This document shows, in pieces, positions 47,401 through 53,582 of a stretch of DNA of 64,000 nucleotides. The stretch's first letter is position 1. Each line of letters opens with the position of its first letter. Source of the DNA: Prorocentrum cordatum (Eukaryota); the NCBI GenBank assembly GCA_963575745.1, contig CAUYUJ010000327.1, positions 1 through 64,000 on the forward strand, in the 5' to 3' direction. Under the pieces are notes generated by a model. That model made no database searches, was not told where the DNA came from, and saw only the letters and a program-made list of their open reading frames with translations. A program made the position numbers and the translations under genes.

Positions 47401-49479
47401 AGCCTCCCAGATGCGCACTGGCGTGGGAAACAGGGTGATGGGCCTGCCGCCGCCGTCTTCCTTGGCGACCAGGAAAAGTATGGGCATGCGTATGGCCGTG
47501 GGCCATGAGCAGAGCCGCTCGCACAGCATGAGGATGTCCCCGAGGCTGGTCAAGGCCTCGTCACTGAGCCAGGCCAGGTGCCCGAAGTGCCAGCCGTCAA
47601 GCCCGAGCCCCGTCTTCCACTTGTAACTACGGCAGATTGCGCGCACCTGCATCGCGTCGATGTTGGGCAGCTCCTGCGCGTGGGCCATCCGTCGGGCCTG
47701 GACCTGAGCGTCCTGCCACAACTTGGTGTAGTCACCTGACCCAGCGCGCCAAATGCTGGCCCACTCCTGCGCCTCCTGATTGACCGCGAGCTGCGGGTCC
47801 GCTGGCAACTTCAGCTTCTTGGCCGACGAGATGGGCTCCTTCCACGCCTGCTCCCAGTGGCAAATGCGGTGCAGGTAGCCCCCTGAGCCTGGGAACTTTG
47901 CGCCCAGACGCTCGTAGAACCTTTTTGAGCGCTGCCGCATGAGGTGTTGCTCCCTGGTCTGGGCCCGCACCTTGGCGAACTGCTGCAGCGCGAAGATGGC
48001 CTGTGCGCCGATGAAGTGAGGCTCCACGTCGGCGAGGGTGCGCAGCGCTGGTAGGAACCCCGCGCTCCAGGGCTCCAGCTGGTCCCAGTGGTGCCTCGCC
48101 TGGAGCAGCTTCCTCCAGGCCCGTCTGAGCTGGCCTGTGACCTCCTCGTTGTAGGATCGAGGAGGCCCTCCTCCCGAGGTGGTAGCCTGGCCTGCTGGGG
48201 CCTCCGACTTGGCCTGGGGCACCGCTTGGCCCCGCAGGACGCAGCAGGCGAGTTGGCCAATCCAGGCCAGTTCCCCCGCGGCCCAACGCCAGGCCCTGGC
48301 AGGACCTCGATCAGCCACGGGGCTGTCATGCTTCGGAAGAAGCTGTCTCTGCACCACCTCGGGAGTCAAGCCTCGGCCTTCATACATGCGCGCCTCCGAC
48401 TCCGCCCAGCCGAACAGAGACCGAAGCTCGGCCTCAGCTGCAGAGCAGAACCCCCTCCAGCACTGGTCCAGGTGCTGCTGGGAGCCGTGGGGCAGGTCGA
48501 TCTTGGGGTAGCCCTGCGGGATCTCGGGCTGCCTGACAGGTGGCGGCCTGGTGATGGGGTGCTGCTTGGGGCCCTTGAGCACCTGGATCTGGTACGCGTG
48601 CCAGGGCTTGTCGGCGCGGATCCAAGTCGGCCTGTGTGGCCTGTAGGGCATGTTCTCGAAGGACCTCACTGGGCTAAAGATCACTGCCAGCCTCGCATCC
48701 ACCCAGAAGAAGTCGATGACCCGATCCTTGAATTCCTCCACGCCCCGCTTTACCACCTTGGACCTGCATGTGCCTCCTTCCCCTTGCCAGGCCAGAACTT
48801 GGCCCTTGGCCTCCTGGTTCCAGGGGCTGTCGAGGATGGCGTGCGGCTCGTTGTTGAAGTCACCCATGGCCACCCAGGGGATCCTCATCTGGCAGACCCA
48901 ATGCACGATGGTGTCCAACAGGGCCGCGTTTAGGGCCCAGGTGACAGGCTTGCCCGTGAACAAGTACACCGAGAAAAGAGCCACCCATCCAATGCCCTCG
49001 ACCTCGGTCATGCCCAAGCACAGCCTTCCTGCGGCGCCCGCGGGGGAGATGCCCCACGACACCCGGCCTGGCGCCAGGCTGAGGCTCATGCAGCGCGGTG
49101 TGATCAGCGCCACACCCGCGGAGTAGCCGCCCTCTGCCGTGCGCACGGCAGGCGCACCCACAACGCGCCAGCCCCGTCGCTCTTGCGCCGCTGCAGTGAC
49201 GTGGAACCACTCGGCGGGCTTCGCGTGCTCCTGCACCGCTATGACGGGGACGCCGCCGCTCTTGATGAGCTGGTCGATCTCCTCTTCCATGAACTCTTCG
49301 ACGCGAGCCAAGGAGAGATTGGCGTTGAAGGTGGCGGCGATGACGTGTCGGTCCCCTCGCCGCGTGCGTCGGCGCCTCTGAGGCTGCCCCGCTGGGTCAT
49401 CCCCAACGTGCTGCGACCTGCCCCCGAGGTAGGTGGACTGAAAAGTGTTGGGCACGACGGGCGGTGGCTGCCTGCCCAT
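44479..49479 (-). CDS. LINE ORF2 polyprotein: APE endonuclease, reverse transcriptase, CCHC zinc finger, RNase H, two C-terminal Cys/His fingers (start uncertain; frame is open up to the ATG at 50775)
   Basis: APE motifs TFNAN, VQEH, MGDFN, RVIDFFWV, RPH (~48620-49350); RT motifs GLDG, KEDGGGRPI, DLEKAYE, GLPAGS, FVDD (46960-46971), WLGV; CPLCG..H...C; RNase H ATDG, CEIWAV, IDS, IKSH, NRCAD (~45150-45625); WQCLEC and VCRIC. First in-frame ATG after the ORF1 stop is at 49479 (gccATGg), giving 1666 aa. Confidence 0.93.
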   Translation of the reverse strand: MGRQPPPVVPNTFQSTYLGGRSQHVGDDPAGQPQRRRRTRRGDRHVIAATFNANLSLARVEEFMEEEIDQLIKSGGVPVIAVQEHAKPAEWFHVTAAAQERRGWRVVGAPAVRTAEGGYSAGVALITPRCMSLSLAPGRVSWGISPAGAAGRLCLGMTEVEGIGWVALFSVYLFTGKPVTWALNAALLDTIVHWVCQMRIPWVAMGDFNNEPHAILDSPWNQEAKGQVLAWQGEGGTCRSKVVKRGVEEFKDRVIDFFWVDARLAVIFSPVRSFENMPYRPHRPTWIRADKPWHAYQIQVLKGPKQHPITRPPPVRQPEIPQGYPKIDLPHGSQQHLDQCWRGFCSAAEAELRSLFGWAESEARMYEGRGLTPEVVQRQLLPKHDSPVADRGPARAWRWAAGELAWIGQLACCVLRGQAVPQAKSEAPAGQATTSGGGPPRSYNEEVTGQLRRAWRKLLQARHHWDQLEPWSAGFLPALRTLADVEPHFIGAQAIFALQQFAKVRAQTREQHLMRQRSKRFYERLGAKFPGSGGYLHRICHWEQAWKEPISSAKKLKLPADPQLAVNQEAQEWASIWRAGSGDYTKLWQDAQVQARRMAHAQELPNIDAMQVRAICRSYKWKTGLGLDGWHFGHLAWLSDEALTSLGDILMLCERLCSWPTAIRMPILFLVAKEDGGGRPITLFPTPVRIWEAVRDPLIRRWERAHVRPYDWASPGRSSEHAVWRAMLDDEALEGTCFASLTALMDLEKAYEYVALNLIWILGMVQQAPMSVLALSLESYAFPRAVRKGQAVADAICTYVGLPAGSKYANRFLKIVLYPILGVVARWPGAKLEITKFVDDLALRMVGRSTQLKVIFPDLARTLIRLLESLLQLKVSKGEGGKSKFVSSDGSLAQELAQPMADIGLQHGESERWLGVDYQPQGPRKKATRARRVKTARGRWHKAAALKRRGVRVRPVVQQGLKASVAYGATCAGTPPAVLKFLMAKTAAVRAGAGTFRSGTLGWAIAPRTDGAEQLKLAPLRAWLREAWGQPERRKEMAHARGRQWPKVQRALTYGPAKFDAWKMVRGPAAATILTVHELGWHMEDAWTILDGVHGKWDIREVAPLEILRSAERAVAKKKLMDWALADEERQPLRPTPFLLPVKQLMRSKPTETWTRHHINSARTVALGGYPVQTVCYERGQVTSPLCPLCGKKKGTLRHVYFLCDADVCVTIRDGLTEPNLKHNFRDVVHLGETAATKEEQGCRGGDTLFWKWARGLIADPVADYQVPTPPDEYQWGDPDGEMVLSGWVATDGCALSPDVGEVSTGGFAAITWSAEKKSETQSLFGAVPVARPTSAHCEIWAVYQAVKHSVGLVGLLIDSKQVVQGLLAGKEFCVNSEQMTAHLWKLVWDALEDQCLIPGESLQVVKIKSHMTKVQRACLSGESLVHYDMNRCADARARQGADPYAAPKCKVEQVQKCLKLQKRLLQYAAYFRVHLSEAKATTTSLPSPAGRTRRSERIARPLAVAPERAHRFRLLEGGKWQCLECSRLVRVAARLSMAKRELCPGWGGTISKGRACLKVKALVHGECVTDQIRAAAAERAAEARGSGSQVSPPPPPREHEVVEKVGYAVCRICGAFARSRAQKLLRECEGPLTKGIAAHRWRKLYRDRILDGKNPYTGKPVREQD

Positions 49480-49642
49480 GGCCGCGGGCGCGCAGTAGCC
49501 GTCGCCCTGGCCAGCGTACGCGTCCCCGCCGCCCTCAGAGAAGCCACCCCCGTGCAGCTCCTCGTCGTAGAGGCCCTCACCCGTCCAGAACTGGCCGTCC
49601 CCGTAGGTGGTCCAGTCGATCAAGGGCGGGCCCGCTGGCCCA

Positions 49643-50791
49643 TCAAAGCGACGCCTGGGGAAGCGCCTCCTCGCCGTGGTGGTCGTAGAAGGAACCCAGC
49701 ACCGCCCGCTTGGCGGCTCGCTCCTCCTCGGGCAGCCCGCTGGGGTACTGGTCCACCAGCTCGTCTCGCTTGCGCTTCTGCTCCTCCACTGCGTCGCCGC
49801 CGCCATCGGCCGAGGCCTCAGCAGCAGGCCCCCCTGGGGGCGCGGCCGCCGCCGCTGCGCCAGGCCCCCCAGTAGGCGCGGCGGCCGCAGCAGCGGGAGC
49901 CCCTGAGGCCTGAGGGAGCTCCTTGACCAGCTTGAGCAAGCTCTGGAGGGACTCCACGAGTGGCTTGGGCACCGAGTCGCCGTCGCCCTCGGTGTCCCCC
50001 ACCAACTTCTCCAGGTTTGCCACGAGCTGGCTGATGACCGCCTGCCCGCAATGTGGGCTACCGCCGAGAGGACCCGCTGCCCCCACTGGGGCCTGCTCCT
50101 CCGCCACGACTCGCCTGGCCAATTGAGCCTTTTCCTCCTGCAGCTGCTCCAACTCCTTGCTGGCCGCCTCCTGCATGCGCTGTGCCTCCGCCAGGCGCTG
50201 CTGCAGCTCGGGCACGACCTCGTCGCGCTGGCGTGCGAGCTTGCGCTGCGCGGCGGCCATCTTGCCCTCGAGTGCCTGCAGCTGCAGGTGCAAAGGCTTG
50301 CCTGCCCGCTTCTGGGCGATGAGGTTCGCCCTCTCCGCCCGCTTGGCCTCGATGATGGAGCCGAGACTGGGGTCGGCGAGGGACTCCAGCGTGCCGATCG
50401 ACTTGTCGAGCACCGCGATGGGGTCGGGCTGCTCGGCTGCCTTGGACTTGAGCAGGTCAGTGCCAGCCCCGAAGTAGCCCCAAGCAGCGCCAGCAGTGCC
50501 GCGAGGAGCGGGGCCAGCCACGCCCTTGTCCTTGCCCTTGTTCTCCTTGCCCTTGCCCTTGGCCTTGCCCCCAGCTGGGGGGTCGGCCCTCTGCCACGGT
50601 CGCCGCACCGGTGAGGAGCGGGACGCACGCGTGATGGCCACCTGGATGTGCTTCGGCGCGGGGGCGAAGCACTGGCGGCACTGCATCTTGGTCGCGAAGT
50701 TACCTCCAGTGCCACAGTGTCCACACGTCCAGGGCTCGGCCCCCTGGGGCGAAGAAAGAAACTGATGCGACGCATCCTTCCACGGTGCCAT
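49643..50791 (-). CDS. LINE ORF1 (382 aa): RanBP2-type zinc finger, K/G-rich segment, coiled coil
   Basis: ATG at 50791 is the first ATG downstream of the SL; WTCGHCGTGGNFATKMQCRQC; GKAKGKGKENKGKDKG; heptad-like Q/E/L/A-rich stretch; high GC3; stop TGA at 49643-49645. Confidence 0.85.
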   Translation of the reverse strand: MAPWKDASHQFLSSPQGAEPWTCGHCGTGGNFATKMQCRQCFAPAPKHIQVAITRASRSSPVRRPWQRADPPAGGKAKGKGKENKGKDKGVAGPAPRGTAGAAWGYFGAGTDLLKSKAAEQPDPIAVLDKSIGTLESLADPSLGSIIEAKRAERANLIAQKRAGKPLHLQLQALEGKMAAAQRKLARQRDEVVPELQQRLAEAQRMQEAASKELEQLQEEKAQLARRVVAEEQAPVGAAGPLGGSPHCGQAVISQLVANLEKLVGDTEGDGDSVPKPLVESLQSLLKLVKELPQASGAPAAAAAAPTGGPGAAAAAAPPGGPAAEASADGGGDAVEEQKRKRDELVDQYPSGLPEEERAAKRAVLGSFYDHHGEEALPQASL

Positions 50792-50912
50792 CAAACACGC
50801 TGTGACTGGCAAAGAGGACGAGCTGGGCAGTTGGGTACCGAAATGTGCCCTGACTGGTGATGTCAGGGGGAAAGCTGCTGGGGCCGTGTGCGCCTCTTGG
50901 GCGCCCCCCAAT

Positions 50913-50958
50913 GCCAGAATGTCTCCGTCCGCTGCTGACGCCTGGGCCACGCTACGGA
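50913..50958 (-). other. Decayed (relict) spliced-leader copies in the LINE 5' UTR
   Basis: TCCGTAGC-GTGGCCCAGG (50958-50941) directly follows the SL; CGGAGACATTCTGGC (50927-50913) matches CGTAGCCATTTTGGC at 12/15. Confidence 0.65.
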
Positions 50959-50980
50959 CTTGAGCCAAAATGGCTACGGC
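50959..50980 (-). other. Perfect dinoflagellate spliced leader (DinoSL) at the LINE 5' end
   Basis: Minus strand reads GCCGTAGCCATTTTGGCTCAAG, matching the consensus DCCGTAGCCATTTTGGCTCAAG; the first G may be shared with the TSD. Confidence 0.97.
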
Positions 50981-51061
50981 CTGCTCCTCCTCCTCCTTTT
51001 CCTCCTCCTCCTCCTCCTCCCACCCTCCTCCTCCTCCTCCTCCTGCTCCTCCTCCTCCTCG

Positions 51062-51092
<31 letters not shown>

Positions 51093-51455
51093 GGCGGTAG
51101 TGCAACAAGCAAGAGTGCATAGATGCACACGACCTCGGGCCACGTCGTGACAGCCCCATCTGCCGCTTCCGGCCAGTTGAGGCAGTTGTCGTGGGTGATG
51201 CGGTTGGGTGGTTGCTTCTTCGTCACTGATTGGTTGGACGCAGTATTCGCACATCATGGCGCCACTGCGTCACTGGAGGTGCCCAACTTTTTACCGTCAA
51301 CCACTGGACCTGCAAGCTACCCGACATAACACGCACAATCGCATACACGTAAGCCCTCAATGGGGCCGACAGATCCCTGGCAAAGCATTCTGGCTCGTGA
51401 TTGCAAGCGTGCGTCTCCTTTCGCGCGCACGCGACTCTAAGCCCATACGGTCGTC

Positions 51456-52616
51456 ATGTTGGTGCACAAGGCGATGAGCTCTGCGTCTGCTCGCCGCCTC
51501 GGCCGCGCAGCCACCAGGCGTCGCCTCCTCTTCTGCAGCGAGAGCGAGGCCAGCGCTGTGGGGCACTCTGGCAGTGATGCCGAGAAGAAGCGATTGCGGA
51601 TCATGGTGGCCGTCGGTGGAAATGCGTTGATTCGCCGCGGCGAGCGATTGACTATAGAAAACCAGCTCAAGGCCGCTCGATGTGATGCTGCGCCGACGAT
51701 CAAGGGCCTCATGGAGGATCACGAGGTTGTGCTGACACATGGGAACGGTCCACAAGTGGGCGAATTGGCGCTCGAGCGATCGGCTGCTACTTTCGATGTG
51801 CTCGGTGCCGAGTCGCAGGGGCAGATCGGATACATCTTCAGCCAAGCTTTCGCAAGCATCAACGTGGTAGCCGTGCCCATGCTGACTCAGGTCATCGTCG
51901 ACCCCGCGGACCCGGCCTTCTCGAATCCCACGAAGTTTGTCGGACCCGTGTACGGCGCTAAGGAAGCTGAGGCGTTGAGGCAGGCATTGGGATGGACCGT
52001 GAAGCAAGATGGGGAATACTACCGCCGCGTAGTGCCATCGCCGCCCCCGCTAGAGATACTGCAAATCGATGCTGTGCGGACGTTGCTGAAGACTCAGACG
52101 CCAACTGGGCCGCTGCCAATAGTGTGTGGTGGTGGGGGCGTGCCCGTGACGCGCATGGGCAGCGCGTTTGCAAACATACCTTCAGGTGCTTTTGAGGGGT
52201 TGGAAGCAGTCATCGACAAAGACCACTGCGCTTCCTTGGCATCCCTTCAGCTCGAAGCCGACGCCCTCATCATCCTGACCGATGGCGGCGGCATCTGGGA
52301 GAATTTCGGAAAGCCGCATGCGCGCGAGATGAAGATGGCATCGGCCTCGTACCTCAGAAGCGTGCAAGCGGGTGCGCAGTTTCCTGGCTCCATGGGCCCG
52401 AAGATCGAGGCCGCCGTGTCGTTTGTGGAGCAGTCGCCCAAGCCAGACGCCTGGGCTGCCCTCGGGGACCTGAAGGACGCCCAGGAGATGTTCGGGAACA
52501 CTGAGGGCACCATGATCAAGAAGGAGGTCCCCGGCGACGTCGTCTGGCACGAGCCGAACCGGAAGCGGGAGGCCAGGGGGACACAGAAGCCGAGCCGCGT
52601 GCCCAGGGACCCGTGA
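51456..52616 (+). CDS. arcC: Carbamate kinase (amino-acid kinase family), intronless, with an N-terminal R/S/A-rich extension
   Basis: Motifs VAVGGNAL, THGNGPQVG, AESQGQIGY, DPAFSNPTKFVGP, YRRVVPSP, GGGGVPV, EAVIDKD, ILTD, GSMGPKIEAA; uninterrupted 386 aa. Alternative start ATG at 51474. Confidence 0.93.
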   Translation: MLVHKAMSSASARRLGRAATRRRLLFCSESEASAVGHSGSDAEKKRLRIMVAVGGNALIRRGERLTIENQLKAARCDAAPTIKGLMEDHEVVLTHGNGPQVGELALERSAATFDVLGAESQGQIGYIFSQAFASINVVAVPMLTQVIVDPADPAFSNPTKFVGPVYGAKEAEALRQALGWTVKQDGEYYRRVVPSPPPLEILQIDAVRTLLKTQTPTGPLPIVCGGGGVPVTRMGSAFANIPSGAFEGLEAVIDKDHCASLASLQLEADALIILTDGGGIWENFGKPHAREMKMASASYLRSVQAGAQFPGSMGPKIEAAVSFVEQSPKPDAWAALGDLKDAQEMFGNTEGTMIKKEVPGDVVWHEPNRKREARGTQKPSRVPRDP

Positions 52617-52772
52617 GCGCACCCACGCGGGAGACCGGCAGGGGTGGGCAGAGGAGAGCGCAGACGGGCGAGCGTTGGTAAGGTTCCGGGCTGCGCACAG
52701 GCAGCCCCCCCAGGAAGTCCCGGCGGGCCTGAACAGGCTCCCGAGTATCGGGGGCGGAAAAGAGGGGGGTCA

Positions 52773-52974
52773 GGGGCAACGATAGGGGGGGGATAGGCAT
52801 ACAGGAGGATGCATCGACCACCAATCGCCCATTGCCGATAGGGGCCTAGCCCCCACCTGCCCAGGGAGGTGCGGATTCACCATCGGGGGCATATCGCCGA
52901 TCTATCGGCGATGTATCGCCGATTCCAGGTGGATGCATCCCCCCCTACGCCATTCCCCCCGTATCATTGCCCCC
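52773..52974. mobile_element. TIR element (~45-bp arms); second copy ~105-298
   Basis: ggatgcatcgacc...ggt(c/g)gatgcatc inverted arms; two similar copies. Confidence 0.6.
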
Positions 52975-53186
52975 CAGGGGGGTGATGACTAGGGGGGGTG
53001 GATATCACGGCGGGGGCCATGATATTTCCGCAGATTTTCTGGCGTCTCTTCTTATTTCATTACGTCCCTGGCCCCCCCACTGGGCCGCGCACATGCCGCC
53101 GGTCATGATTTGCACCCCACCCCGCTTTGACGCTCCCCTCTTTGCCGCTCCCGAGCGTAGTCCGGGGCGGTCTCCTCGCCCTGGCG

Positions 53187-53337
53187 TTAAGTCGGGCACG
53201 TCCCTCTACGGGAGGAATCTCCAAAAAGAGTCAAAAACACGGTATGGGAACCATCTCTGGACTATTTTGGAATATGTTTTGATTATTTGTTATGTATCGT
53301 CCAAGATCCGCCTGTCGGGGGGACGTGCCCGACCTCA
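53187..53337 (+). mobile_element. MITE family A copy
   Basis: TIRs; perfect TSD ccctggcg. Confidence 0.85.
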
Positions 53338-53434
53338 CCCTGGCGCCGACTCCGGCAGTGCGCCGCCTCCGGCGGCGCCTTCTGGTACGCTCCGCGCCCC
53401 AGGGCTTGGGCGTGCGCAGCCTGAGGCGTTACCA

Positions 53435-53582
53435 TTAAGTCGGGCGTGTCCCTCTGCAGGGGGCAGATTCGAAAATTGGGGAACAAATATGGGGACGACT
53501 TTGTCGATTGTTTTTGCAACATTTTGGGGTACTGAAAATGTTGTGCCAAAGCATTGCCTGTAGGAGGACATGCCCGACCTAA
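53435..53582 (+). mobile_element. MITE family A copy
   Basis: TIRs; perfect TSD cgttacca. Confidence 0.85.

Larger units (their letters stand above)
44416..50980 (-). mobile_element. Full-length non-LTR (LINE-like) retrotransposon with APE-RT-RNase H, 5' end capped by the dinoflagellate spliced leader
   Basis: Two intact ORFs; A6 tail (T6 at 44416-44421 on +); TSD (c)ctgctcctcctcctc at 44400/44401-44415 and 50980/50981-50995; 5' end is DinoSL; both flanks are (CCT)n microsatellite. Confidence 0.95.

Noticed and set aside
49620..49645. TGATG stop-start coupling for ORF2
   Set aside because: The overlapping ATG is in the third frame and encodes only MGQRARP-stop, not ORF2.
50792..50968. ORF1 N-terminal extension from 50968 in the ORF track
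   Set aside because: That start is a TTG inside the spliced leader; the first ATG after the SL is 50791.
50959..50980. SL RNA gene
   Set aside because: The SL is followed by TCCGTAG, not by the GT donor and intron of an SL RNA gene, and it lies inside the LINE's TSDs.
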